From NCBI GenBank assembly GCA_963840455.1, contig CAWIYV010000011.1, positions 256,001 through 320,000 of the forward strand: a stretch of DNA of 64,000 nt. Reading direction: 5' to 3'. Each line of letters begins with the position of its first letter. The stretch's first letter is position 1. This DNA is from Nitrospirota bacterium (GTDB lineage: Bacteria > Nitrospirota > UBA9217). The translations under genes were made by a program, and so were the position numbers. Of the stretch, positions 41,438-50,720 are shown piece by piece. The notes under the pieces are model-generated. The model was not told the DNA's origin and did not search any database. It saw only the letters and a list, made by a program, of their open reading frames with translations.

Positions 41438-42367
41438 ATGAAGCCATCGTCACCTGAGAGGCGCAAGGCGCCAGCTGTATCGGCCCTGGACCTGATCGGC
41501 AATACGCCGCTCGTCCGGATCAGTAAGCTCGCCGCCCATCTCAACCCGGAAGTCCGTGTCTTTGCCAAGCTCGAGCGCGGTAACCCCGGCGGCTCAATCA
41601 AGGACCGCGCCGCCTTCCGCATGATCGAGGACGCCGAGGCTTCGGTCCTCCTGACCCATGACAGGGTCATCCTGGACTCCTCATCGGGCAACACCGGCAT
41701 CGCCTACGCCATGATCGGCGCGGTGAAAGGCTACCGCGTCAAGATCGTGATCCCCGAGAACGCCAGCGTCGAACGGAAGAAGATCATAGCCGGGTTCGGA
41801 GCGGAGCTGGTCTTCTCCAGCCCCTTCGAAGGCGCTGACGGCGCCATCAGGCTGGCAAAGGAGATCATCGAGGAGCACCCGGACCGCTACTTCCAGCCCG
41901 ACCAGTACAACAACCCCTCGAACCCGAAGGCCCATGAGCTCACCACCGGCCCCGAGGTCATCAGGCAGACCAACGGCAGCGTCACCCATTTCATCGCCTG
42001 CGTCGGAACCGGCGGCACGATCATGGGAACGGGACGTGCGCTCAGGAAGTTCGACCCCGCCATACGGGTCCTCTCCGTCCATCCCGACGACGCCATGCAC
42101 GGCATCGAAGGCACGAAGTACCTCGAAGAAGGCGCCATCGTGCCGGGTATCTTCGATAAGAACTTTCCCGACGAGCGGCTCATCGTTGGCACCGACGCGG
42201 CCTTCGACATGACGAAACGGCTGGCGTGCGAGGAAGGTCTGTTCGTGGGCACATCATCGGGCGCTGCACTTGCAGCGTCGCTGAGAGTCGCGGAAAAGCT
42301 GAAGCAGGGCGTTATTGTCGTACTGTTCCCCGACGGCGGGGATCGGTATTTGAGCAGGGAGATCTGA
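41438..42367 (+). CDS. cysM: PLP-dependent cysteine synthase (CysM-like)
   Basis: IGNTPLV, NPGGSIKDR, SSGNTG, GTGGT, PDGGDRYLS. Confidence 0.85.
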   Translation: MKPSSPERRKAPAVSALDLIGNTPLVRISKLAAHLNPEVRVFAKLERGNPGGSIKDRAAFRMIEDAEASVLLTHDRVILDSSSGNTGIAYAMIGAVKGYRVKIVIPENASVERKKIIAGFGAELVFSSPFEGADGAIRLAKEIIEEHPDRYFQPDQYNNPSNPKAHELTTGPEVIRQTNGSVTHFIACVGTGGTIMGTGRALRKFDPAIRVLSVHPDDAMHGIEGTKYLEEGAIVPGIFDKNFPDERLIVGTDAAFDMTKRLACEEGLFVGTSSGAALAASLRVAEKLKQGVIVVLFPDGGDRYLSREI

Positions 42368-42372
42368 AGACC

Positions 42373-42822
42373 ATGCGCCTATCACAGGAATCCATCGAAG
42401 CGATCTCGAAGCAGGCCGTCGCTGAGTATCCCTCCGAGTGCTGCGGCATCGTGACCGGCACCGCGGCAACGCAACGCGTCCACCCCTGCAAGAACAGGCA
42501 GGACGAGCTCCACGCGAAAGACCCGGAGCACCATCCGCGCACCAGCCGCGAGGCCTACGACATCGACCGGAAGGAGATGGAGCGGGTCTTCGCGGACGCG
42601 GCAGCGGCAGGCGAACAAATCCTCTGCTTCTACCACTCGCACATCGACTGCGGCGCTTATTTTTCCCAGATGGACAAGGACGTATTGACGGTCTTCGGCG
42701 AGCCGGAGCATCCGGAGGCGGTGCATGTGGTGGTCTCGGTGCAGGACCGGCACGTGAAGGAGATCGCAGGATACCGCTGGGACGGCGCGACACAGAACTT
42801 TGTGATCCTGTCGGTCGCCTAA
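42373..42822 (+). CDS. JAMM/M67 (Mec-like) sulfur-carrier peptidase
   Basis: YPSECCG, FYHSHID..AYFSQMD (HxH-x7-S-x2-D). Confidence 0.88.
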   Translation: MRLSQESIEAISKQAVAEYPSECCGIVTGTAATQRVHPCKNRQDELHAKDPEHHPRTSREAYDIDRKEMERVFADAAAAGEQILCFYHSHIDCGAYFSQMDKDVLTVFGEPEHPEAVHVVVSVQDRHVKEIAGYRWDGATQNFVILSVA

Positions 42823-42848
42823 GACTAAGGCAGGAATTTCCATAACGT

Positions 42849-42933
42849 TGTCATTGCGAGCGACCGAAGAGGAGTGCGGCAATCTCGCCGCAAAACAAGA
42901 GATTGCTTCGTCGCTGCGCTCCTTGCAATGCCA
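42849..42933. repeat. GTCATTGCGAG...GCAATCT...AGATTGCTTCG...GCAATG palindromic element
   Basis: Nested inverted repeats; resembles a widespread intergenic palindrome family (recollection). Confidence 0.75.
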
Positions 42934-43052
42934 TAAGAGTAAGTGTGTTTGTCATCGGATTTCCCCGCACGCCGCCCCCCGTTTCGGTGTCAGCCTTCCG
43001 CCTGCCTCAGTCCTCTTCCCCGGCGACCGCAGCATGATCCGCATCCAAGATG

Positions 43053-43103
43053 TTGAAGATCCCTGCAGCAGGCTGCGGGGAATGCGCTCGCTCCTGGATT
43101 CAA
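43053..43103 (-). mobile_element. Short one-hairpin element copy D
   Basis: Minus strand TTGAATCCAGGAGCGAGCGCATTCCCCGCAGCCTGCTGCAGGGATCTTCAA, near-identical to 5790-5839. Confidence 0.85.
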
Positions 43104-43210
43104 CGATGATCATGCGGAGCGCGTGCCGCGCCTTGTCCTGCACAGTATGGGCCAAATGCGCTATACTTTGTGCAGAGGAGGTCGATCGACGCTCCGGAAA
43201 TGTGCATGCG

Positions 43211-43819
43211 ATGAAGACATCCATCAACATCGTCCTCGTTGATTTCGGCGGCGTGCTTGCTGAAGAGGGGTTCCGGGAGGGGCTCCGGGAGATCGCGAAG
43301 CAGAACGGCCTCGATCCTGACCGGTTCTACGCCGACGCGGACCGCATCATCGCCGAGACCGGCTACCTGACCGGCCAAGCAAGCGAGGGAGACTTCTGGG
43401 CCGCCGTCAGGGACCAGACCGGGATCAAGGGAGCCGACAGTGACCTGCGGAGCGAGATCGTCCGGCGGTTCGTGCTCCATCCCTTCATGCTCGCATGGGT
43501 GGATCACGTGCGCGACAGCGGCCGCTTCGTTGCCATCCTGAGCGACCAGACGAATTGGCTCGACGAGATCGACGAGAAAACAGACCTGTACAGCCACTTC
43601 GACGCGGTGTTCAACTCCTTCCATGTCCACAAGAGCAAGCGCGACGCGTCGCTGTTCCGCGACGTCTGCTCGGCGCTCGGCGAGGCGCCCGCATGCGTCC
43701 TGTTCATCGACGACAACCGGCAGCACATCGACCGGGCTTCCGGCGCAGGACTCAAGACCCTCCTGTACACGAACCAGGAGGATTTTGAGCGTAAGATCGC
43801 CCAGTCTGTTGTCCCCTAG
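43211..43819 (+). CDS. HAD-superfamily phosphatase
   Basis: DFGGV, ILSD, K, FIDD motifs. Confidence 0.85.
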   Translation: MKTSINIVLVDFGGVLAEEGFREGLREIAKQNGLDPDRFYADADRIIAETGYLTGQASEGDFWAAVRDQTGIKGADSDLRSEIVRRFVLHPFMLAWVDHVRDSGRFVAILSDQTNWLDEIDEKTDLYSHFDAVFNSFHVHKSKRDASLFRDVCSALGEAPACVLFIDDNRQHIDRASGAGLKTLLYTNQEDFERKIAQSVVP

Positions 43820-43837
43820 CCTCAGCCAGGCGCTGGA

Positions 43838-43872
43838 AAAAAAAGACCCGGACGGAATTTCCGCCCGGGTCG
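43838..43872 (-). terminator. Intrinsic terminator
   Basis: A-run followed by GACCCGGaCGGAA-t-TTCCGcCCGGGTC. Confidence 0.7.
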
Positions 43873-43897
43873 CAGCATGAACGCGGTGAACCGCGGG

Positions 43898-44272
43898 CTA
43901 CAGGACCTTCTTCATCTCATTGCCGCAGGCGCACTTGCCCGGGTTCTGGCTGATCGTTCCGCAGTTGCAGTCCCCGCTGCAGGCGCATGCATACTTGCCC
44001 TTGGTCGGAAAAGCCCGTTCCTTGTCCCACCCGGCGGCCTTCAGCATCGCCGCATCACCCTCGACCTTGACCACCGTTGCCTTCACCATCTTGTTGCCGC
44101 AAGTGCAGTTGGTCTCGGTCTTCGACATCGTCTTGCAGGCGCATTTCTCGCCGCAATTGCAGGCATAGACCGAGTCCCCCGCTTTCAGGTCCATCTTGCT
44201 CTTGTCAGCAGCGAAGATCAGACCCGCCGCGGCAAGGGACAACACCACCATGATGATGACCGTTCTTTTCAT
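43898..44272 (-). CDS. Secreted Cys-rich protein with two 6-Cys repeats
   Basis: Signal peptide; YACNCGEKCACK...CTCGNKM and YACACSGDCNCG...CACGNEM. Confidence 0.8.
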   Translation of the reverse strand: MKRTVIIMVVLSLAAAGLIFAADKSKMDLKAGDSVYACNCGEKCACKTMSKTETNCTCGNKMVKATVVKVEGDAAMLKAAGWDKERAFPTKGKYACACSGDCNCGTISQNPGKCACGNEMKKVL

Positions 44273-44396
44273 ACCTTCCTCCTCGAGTGGATGAATTGTC
44301 GATGCAATGAGGCCGCATCGTTCTCTAAATATAGCAGGCAGTAACTCACCTGTAAAGGTCCGGCAAGGATTTCCGTTGCCACGCTGCGGTCACGAC

Positions 44397-45308
44397 CTAC
44401 CGCAGGATCTCGTACATGTCCTCGAAGGCGGCCTTCATGGCATTATCATAGGTAACGATCGATCCACCATGCTCCTTGATGAACCGTTCAGCGGCCTTCC
44501 GGTCGCCGAAGGCCCACTTGCCCCGGATGGACATGACGCCCATCCGATCCCCTCCCAGCACCCAGAAGGCCGCTTCTGCATCGATCAGGACCCGGGTGTC
44601 ATAATCGCCCACCAGGGAAGCCGACACGCCTTTATGCGGGTTCAGGGCCAGATCGATGCCCGTGCAGTGGATGCTGCAGGTCGGCACTGCCGTGCCGTCG
44701 TCGTAGCGGATCAGCATCCTGCTGAAACCGAACTTCTCCCGATCCATGCCGCAGTACTTGCATTCCCGATGCTCTTTGCGGTCGTCGACGGCCGGGCCCG
44801 CAGGGGTCCGGGCCGCCTCCGGCCTCTGCCGGCGAGAGCGCTCACGGACCATCTTGATGTCAGAATACATATCCTCGAACGTTGCCTTCATGGCTGCATC
44901 GTAGGTCGCCAGGCTGCCGCCGTGGTCCCTGATGAATGACTCAGCATCTGTTTTCTTCTGGAAGGACCATTTGGCACGCTGCGTCATGACGCCGCTGCGG
45001 TCCCCTCCGATCACCCAGACAGCGCTCTTAGCGGGGATCAACTGCCTGCCGGCATGATCAGCGACAAAGACCTCGCGAACGCGCTTGTGCCTGTTCACGG
45101 CAAGGTCCGCGCCGGTGCAGTGGATGCTGCAGGTCCCCACCGGACCCTCTTGATAGTCGATCAGCATCCTGCTGTGGGCATACTGCTGCCGATCCATCCC
45201 GCAGATGGGGCAGGCCGGATGGCTTTGGATGTCCTCGATGACTGCTGCGGGACCGGCCCCGATGAGCAAACAACCAGCAAGAGCTATACATACGACAGCG
45301 GTTCTCAA
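44397..45308 (-). CDS. Tandem NosL-domain exported protein
   Basis: Two CxxCGM...TCSIHC...A.WV.GGD..GVM...F...A..F...HGG repeats; start uncertain. Confidence 0.85.
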   Translation of the reverse strand: MRTAVVCIALAGCLLIGAGPAAVIEDIQSHPACPICGMDRQQYAHSRMLIDYQEGPVGTCSIHCTGADLAVNRHKRVREVFVADHAGRQLIPAKSAVWVIGGDRSGVMTQRAKWSFQKKTDAESFIRDHGGSLATYDAAMKATFEDMYSDIKMVRERSRRQRPEAARTPAGPAVDDRKEHRECKYCGMDREKFGFSRMLIRYDDGTAVPTCSIHCTGIDLALNPHKGVSASLVGDYDTRVLIDAEAAFWVLGGDRMGVMSIRGKWAFGDRKAAERFIKEHGGSIVTYDNAMKAAFEDMYEILR

Positions 45309-45402
45309 CAGATCCTCCTGTGCCGGTGATCGAGCATCCTTGTGGTTCGTAGGGAGCCTTCCCGTGTTACGCTTCCGCTCGACAACAAGCCTTCCGGTGA
45401 CA

Positions 45403-46035
45403 TCATCCGATCTTCATGATGATCGCATCAAGCGGTTTTCTCGGACGCGCCTGCGGGTGCTCGTCGGGCACGCCAATCGGCAACAGCGCCGCAATGAACT
45501 TCTCCTTGCCATAGCCCAGCAGTTTCTCGAACGCCTCCTGCGCCACGAGCGGGCCGGTCATCCAGCACGAGCCGTAGCCGAGAGCGTGTATGGCAAGCAG
45601 CATGTGCTCGATCGCGGCGGCGACGCTCTGGAGTCCGGGGAGAGGCCGCAGCCGCTTAATGTCCTCGGCCGGATAGCCCATCCTGGCGAGCAGCTTGTCC
45701 GTTCCTGCGTCGTAGCCTTCCATGAACACCGCGATAACGACCGGCGCGTTCTCGAAGAAGGTGTAGTAGGTTCCTTTGTACGCCGCGAGTCGCTGCGCCT
45801 GCTTCTCGTCCTCGGCATAAGGAATCATCCGGTCGACCATCTCCCGCACGGCCGCGGCCATCTTCTTCAAGGTCTCTTTATCTTTGATGACGAGGAAGCT
45901 CCAGGGCTGGGTGTTGTTCGCTGACGGCGCGAGCCTCCCCGCTTCAAGGATCTTCCGGATGTCCTCGTCCGGCACCGGCGCCTGCTTGAACCGGCGGATG
46001 CTTGTGCGTCCGTTGATCGCGTCAAAGAGGTCCAT
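45403..46035 (-). CDS. Nitroreductase family protein
   Basis: RTSIRRF, APSANNTQPW, GYGSCW, R.RKP. Confidence 0.9.
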   Translation of the reverse strand: MDLFDAINGRTSIRRFKQAPVPDEDIRKILEAGRLAPSANNTQPWSFLVIKDKETLKKMAAAVREMVDRMIPYAEDEKQAQRLAAYKGTYYTFFENAPVVIAVFMEGYDAGTDKLLARMGYPAEDIKRLRPLPGLQSVAAAIEHMLLAIHALGYGSCWMTGPLVAQEAFEKLLGYGKEKFIAALLPIGVPDEHPQARPRKPLDAIIMKIG

Positions 46036-46043
46036 GGCCTTCT

Positions 46044-46445
46044 CTACTTCGCCTCGTCCTTGCCGTTTCCCTTCGCCTTTGCCTTCGATCGTTCGTACAG
46101 GCCGTTCAGGTCCTCAAGGGACTTATCCATGTTCTTCTTCGCCTTTTCCCATGTTTCGTTCGAGGACTTCCTGAGCTCATTCAGGCTGCCCTTGGCCTCC
46201 CCCTGCTGCTTCTTGAACTCCTCGTAGAGCTTGTTCAGCTCGGCCTGCGTCTTTCCCTCGGCCTTCTTGGCCTCCGACGAGAGCTCATTCATCTTCTTGT
46301 CCAGCTCCGTCAGTCTCTTTTCCGCCGCCTTTTCTTCCTCCTGCCGCTGCGTGGCAGCCGCCGGTGTCTCCGCCTTGACCGTCGCGAGGGAAAATACTGC
46401 CAGCACTGCAGTGCAAATAATCGCCATACCGAATTTTCCTAACAT
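46044..46445 (-). CDS. Secreted K/E-rich helical hypothetical protein
   Basis: Signal peptide, coiled-coil composition, AGAGG RBS. Confidence 0.75.
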   Translation of the reverse strand: MLGKFGMAIICTAVLAVFSLATVKAETPAAATQRQEEEKAAEKRLTELDKKMNELSSEAKKAEGKTQAELNKLYEEFKKQQGEAKGSLNELRKSSNETWEKAKKNMDKSLEDLNGLYERSKAKAKGNGKDEAK

Positions 46446-46966
46446 TGGTCGTACCTCTCTTTCTTTCCACTCAATACATTATATTAATGCACGCCTATTG
46501 ATTCCAGTGCTCCGTGAAGTTGTGTTCTTCCTGTTCTCGTGTCGTCAAGAATTTTCTATTATACAAATATGCAAAGTTCACCTACTAGAGTGGAATGGAC
46601 GATTCATCAACAGACGTGCATTATTCTGGTTCTAGTTTACACATCAATGTGACAGCTGAGACATGGACCTCAGCCCCTCGATTTAGAACGACAAGTTATT
46701 TCTTCGTAATTATTCCTTATTGAAATTGATGGTGGCGACGGTAATTTAATAGTTTGTCCAACCCCTCCATCTTCCGTGATTCTTTTTTCGAGATATTTCG
46801 ACATACCCCAAATAACTACCCCGAAAATGCTGGATGTTGTAAAACACTATTGCATGGCATAAGACCTAGTTGGACTAATCCGGTCTTCGTAGCACATCGC
46901 ACATCTATCCTCTACGTTTATTAAATATCGTTGGAAAGTCTTTATGATCTTCAGCAATAGGTTACC

Positions 46967-47683
46967 TTATCTGGCAACCTTGAGTTTCTCGGCGAAGTAT
47001 ACGGGCAACCCGCTCATCACAATCGCCTGTGATGCTTTCTCCACATCATAAGGGACACGCAGAAATTCAACCTTTACCGTCTCGGCGGTTATATCCATCA
47101 AGGCAACACAGGCCCTCGGATCGCCGTCTTTCGGCTTGCCAACACTCCCCGCATTGATGAAGATTTTCCCGCCTTGGTCCCTACGGTAGGGCTTATGCGT
47201 ATGGCCGTAGATGAGAATGTCGGCATTGACTTTTTCGGCCATTTCATGGAAGAACTTCTCCGGCCGGTTCTCAAACCAATAGAGGTTGTTCTTTCGCGGC
47301 GTCGCATGAAAGAGCGCTATTTTTTTACCATGAATCGCTAAGAGGATCTCGGGCGGAAGGTTTCCCAAAAACTCCTTTGTTTTCTTCGTAGCATGTGCCT
47401 TTGTCCAGGCGAATGACAGGTTCGCCATCTCTTCCTGCACAGGGTCTTCGGCCTTACACCCGCAATGCTCGCGGTCATGCGCTACAGTCTCGTCGTAGTT
47501 TCCCTGTACGCCTTCAATAGTATGCTCTATCATGAATTCGACGACCTCGTTCACAAAGGGCGAATACCCGCCCAGATCGCCGAGGTGGTAGATTTTCTCC
47601 GAACCCGCAACCTGCGCCGCAGCATAAGCCGCGTTCAGGGCCTCGATATTTCCGTGTATGTCACCGAATACGGCGAACTTCAT
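46967..47683 (-). CDS. Calcineurin-like metallophosphoesterase
   Basis: GDIHGN, LGD, GNYD, GHTH, NAGSVGKPKDGDPRA; CGC motif. Confidence 0.9.
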   Translation of the reverse strand: MKFAVFGDIHGNIEALNAAYAAAQVAGSEKIYHLGDLGGYSPFVNEVVEFMIEHTIEGVQGNYDETVAHDREHCGCKAEDPVQEEMANLSFAWTKAHATKKTKEFLGNLPPEILLAIHGKKIALFHATPRKNNLYWFENRPEKFFHEMAEKVNADILIYGHTHKPYRRDQGGKIFINAGSVGKPKDGDPRACVALMDITAETVKVEFLRVPYDVEKASQAIVMSGLPVYFAEKLKVAR

Positions 47684-47771
47684 CTGATTACCTCAAGAAA
47701 CTTGGTCTGACGAACTGCATCAGAATAGTTGCCCTTGAGCGAGAACATGACGATGGTAGATAATATCGTGT

Positions 47772-48470
47772 TCACTCCTCATCGCTGAAACTGTATCCGA
47801 CGCCGCGGACGGTCCGGATATAATTGACGGCGCCTGCCTGTTCCAGTTCCGCCCTGAGCCTCCGGATATGCACATCCACGGTCCGTGATTCGATGAACGC
47901 ATCTCCCTTCCAGACGGCACCAAGGATCTGGTCGCGGCTGAAGACCTTGCCTTTCCGCTCCATCAGGAAGCGGAGCAAACGGAACTCAGTGGGCGAGAGC
48001 TCCACGACCTGCTCCCCGGCCTTGACGCGGTGGCGCTCTAGGTCAACCTCGATGCCGCCGGCGCGGAGCACCTTCCTGCCGGTCATGGCGCCCTCCACGC
48101 GGCGGAGCACGCTCTTGACCCGGGCCACGAGCTCACGGACGCTGAAGGGCTTCGTGATGTAGTCGTCGGCGCCCGTCTCAAGGCCCATCACCTTGTCCAT
48201 CTCTTCGGACCGCGCGGTCAGCATGATGATGGGGATGTGGGCGGTCTCGGGATCGTTCTTGAAGATGCGGCAGAGCTCCATGCCCGAGAGCCCGGGCAAC
48301 ATGAGGTCCAGCAGAATCAGCTGGTAGGGCCGCTCGCGCACCATGCGGAGCGCCGCATCTCCGGTCTGGGCCTCTTCGACCCAAAAACCTTCCTTCTTGA
48401 GGTTGTAGGTGACGAGCTGCAGGATGTCCTGCTCGTCGTCCACGACCAGGATGCGCTGTTTCGGCTCCAT
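47772..48470 (-). CDS. phoB: PhoB-like OmpR-family response regulator
   Basis: Receiver plus winged helix (LSPTEFRLL, SRDQIL..VW, RTVDVHIRRLR, TVRGVGY); next to Pho boxes and pstS. Confidence 0.85.
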   Translation of the reverse strand: MEPKQRILVVDDEQDILQLVTYNLKKEGFWVEEAQTGDAALRMVRERPYQLILLDLMLPGLSGMELCRIFKNDPETAHIPIIMLTARSEEMDKVMGLETGADDYITKPFSVRELVARVKSVLRRVEGAMTGRKVLRAGGIEVDLERHRVKAGEQVVELSPTEFRLLRFLMERKGKVFSRDQILGAVWKGDAFIESRTVDVHIRRLRAELEQAGAVNYIRTVRGVGYSFSDEE

Positions 48471-48539
48471 GGGAGGATAGTACGGGAAATTTTTCACCGG
48501 GGCAAGTGGAAATCCCTCTCACCCTCACACTTCATCAGT

Positions 48540-48584
48540 CTGTCACATCCCTGTAACGGAACGGCAACAATTGGCTGGTATGGT
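48540..48584 (+). promoter_or_regulatory. Pho-box promoter 1
   Basis: CTGTCAC 48540, CTGTAAC 48551, CGGCAAC 48562 (11-bp period); -10 TATGGT 10 bp downstream. Confidence 0.8.
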
Positions 48585-48615
48585 AACGCTCAATAGCGTG
48601 GGGAACAGCTTTACC

Positions 48616-49038
48616 ATGAACACCTTCAACAAATTTATCGACATCCTGATCAAGTGCATGATCCCCCTGGTCATCATGGCCCTGCTCTTGGGCATTGCCC
48701 GGGTGGTCCTCGACCTGCGCGTGGTCTTTGCCAGCCCCACGGTCGCTGTGGGATTCGACCTCCTGATCACGAACATCCTGTCCCTTTTTGTGGTCATCGA
48801 GCTTCTGAAGAGCGTTCTAGATTACTTCGAGAATCACCGGATCAAGCTGACCTTCATCACCGACGCGGCGCTGGTCTTCGTCCTGCGGGAGATTATGATC
48901 GGCCTCTTCCAGCACGCCATGGAGGCCCGCGAGGTGCTTGCGCTGGCGGCGCTCATCTTGGTGATTGGCGGCGTCCGGACCCTGGCGGTCCTGTTCTCAC
49001 CTGACCGGCACGAGCCGGCGGAACGGAGCGCGCCATGA
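48616..49038 (+). CDS. PsiE-family phosphate-starvation-inducible membrane protein
   Basis: Four TM segments; LFVVIELLKS..YF..H.I, DAALVFVLREI. Confidence 0.8.
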   Translation: MNTFNKFIDILIKCMIPLVIMALLLGIARVVLDLRVVFASPTVAVGFDLLITNILSLFVVIELLKSVLDYFENHRIKLTFITDAALVFVLREIMIGLFQHAMEAREVLALAALILVIGGVRTLAVLFSPDRHEPAERSAP

Positions 49039-49127
49039 ACCGGAAGTTGGTCGACACGGTCGAACGGATCGCGCTCACTCTCAGCCTGATAGGTGGCGTC
49101 CTGATCATCGTCTATCACTGGCTGTGA
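49035..49127 (+). CDS. 30-aa single-TM peptide
   Basis: ATGA overlap with the psiE stop; MNRKLVDTVERIALTLSLIGGVLIIVYHWL. Confidence 0.5.
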   Translation: MNRKLVDTVERIALTLSLIGGVLIIVYHWL

Positions 49128-49172
49128 TCGCCGCGGTCAGGCGCATTCATTCATACTCCCGGGAGGTATCCC

Positions 49173-49304
49173 ATGCTGCTCCTGATCACGACTGTCTGTG
49201 TTGTGGTGCTCGCCGCGGCGCTGGCCGTTCGCGCACCAAGCACCTTCCTCTTCGACCTCATCAATGACAGCCTCTGCCATGAGATCACGGAATCCCGGCG
49301 CTAA
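49173..49304 (+). CDS. 43-aa hydrophobic peptide
   Basis: GGGAGG RBS; MLLLITTVCVVVLAAALAVRAPSTFLFDLINDSLCHEITESRR. Confidence 0.5.
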   Translation: MLLLITTVCVVVLAAALAVRAPSTFLFDLINDSLCHEITESRR

Positions 49305-50550
49305 CTGCCCTCGGTTCCCGCCCGGCTTTCAATGGGGCGTGGCTACCTCCGCGTTTCAGCTCGAGGGCTCGCCCCACGCCGACTGGACCGGATGGGATGA
49401 CGCCCTGCGAACCCATCCTGGCGTGACGAACCACTACGAGCTGTACAGAGACGACCTTCGTCTCTTGAAGGACCTGGGCGTGAACGCGTACCGTTTCTCG
49501 ATCGAGTGGAGCAGGATCCAGCCTCGCAAGGACACCTGGGACGAGGCAGCCATCCTCCATTATCAGGAGATCGTGGACATCATCCGCGGCTATGGCATCG
49601 AGCCGATGGTCACGCTCCATCACTTCACCCACCCCCGCTGGTTCCTCGAGCAGCATCCCTGGCATAAGAATTCGAGCAGGGAAAAGTTCTTGCGCTTCGT
49701 TGAGAAGATCGCGTCGTCGATCACTGGCGTCCGGGACTGGATCACTTTTAACGAGCCCTATGTGATCCTGTTGGGCGGCTACCTGGAAGGTTGCACGCCG
49801 CCGGGGATCCGGGACGTCAAGCTCTCCATGATGGCCCTGCGAAACATTTTCATCAGCCATGGCAAGGCCTACGACATCATTCGTGCCCATGTCCCCGGCG
49901 CCCGCGTCAGCATCGCCCACAACATGTCGGTCTTCGCGCCTTGGAAGCGATGGAATCCCCTGGACCGGCTGCTTTCCCGAACAGCAAAATATTTCTACAA
50001 TCACTCCATCATCGACGCGTTCCGGACCGGGACCTTCGTAATCAAGTTCCCTTTTTCCCGTCCCCTGACGATCGAGCTCCCCATCAAGGGAAAGCTGGAC
50101 TTTTTCGGCGTAAACTACTATACCCGGATCCACCTCCGGTTCAATCCCTTCAGGAAGATGGGCGTCGAGCTCAGGAATCGCGATCTCGATGGCAGGGGTC
50201 TGACCAATATGGGATGGGAGATCCATCCGCGGGGGTTGGCCCGCGTCCTGCGGTACGCCGCGCGCCTCAACGTGCCGCTCGTGATCACTGAGAATGGGAT
50301 CGCTACACATGACAGCCAGTTGAAAACCCGCTACCTCCGCGAACACGTGGACGTGATCGAAGAGTGCCTGCGCAACGGCCTCGATATACGGGGCTACTTC
50401 TACTGGACACTGATCGACAACTACGAATGGCTTCACGGCCTCGACGCGCGGTTCGGGCTTTACCGTGTGGACTTCGAGACGCTTCGACGCGCCCCCACTT
50501 CGGCGGCTACCTACTACACCTATCTCATCGAAAGCCGTTCAGAATTGTAA
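49279..50550 (+). CDS. Glycoside hydrolase family 1 (beta-glucosidase)
   Basis: WGVATSAFQLEG, YRFSIEWSRI, TFNEP, ITENG, DNYEW..G...RFG; start uncertain. Confidence 0.92.
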   Translation: MRSRNPGANCPRFPPGFQWGVATSAFQLEGSPHADWTGWDDALRTHPGVTNHYELYRDDLRLLKDLGVNAYRFSIEWSRIQPRKDTWDEAAILHYQEIVDIIRGYGIEPMVTLHHFTHPRWFLEQHPWHKNSSREKFLRFVEKIASSITGVRDWITFNEPYVILLGGYLEGCTPPGIRDVKLSMMALRNIFISHGKAYDIIRAHVPGARVSIAHNMSVFAPWKRWNPLDRLLSRTAKYFYNHSIIDAFRTGTFVIKFPFSRPLTIELPIKGKLDFFGVNYYTRIHLRFNPFRKMGVELRNRDLDGRGLTNMGWEIHPRGLARVLRYAARLNVPLVITENGIATHDSQLKTRYLREHVDVIEECLRNGLDIRGYFYWTLIDNYEWLHGLDARFGLYRVDFETLRRAPTSAATYYTYLIESRSEL

Positions 50551-50600
50551 CGTTTTATTTATCTACCTGTTATATTCCTGTAACAAAGCTAAGGTATCAT
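50545..50600 (+). promoter_or_regulatory. Pho-box promoter 2
   Basis: TTGTAAC 50545, CTGTTAT 50567, CTGTAAC 50578; -10 TATCAT 10 bp downstream. Confidence 0.8.
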
Positions 50601-50720
50601 GCCGCCCATGAACAACCGTATGACAAACCTTCCGACAGCACCCGAGGACGCTGCGCCGCATGACGGCAATGAGAACGCGGGTGGCATGCTTCTAACCAAT
50701 CAACGCTCAAGGAGGATACT

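Noticed and set aside
44397-45308. DNA direct repeat (GTGCAGTGGATGCTGCAGGTC at about 44662 and 45115) as a DGR template/variable pair
   Set aside because: Explained by the internal NosL domain duplication; no reverse transcriptase is present.
46640-46900. Possible AT-rich gene remnant on the minus strand
   Set aside because: Interrupted by stops and has no recognisable motif; cannot be supported.
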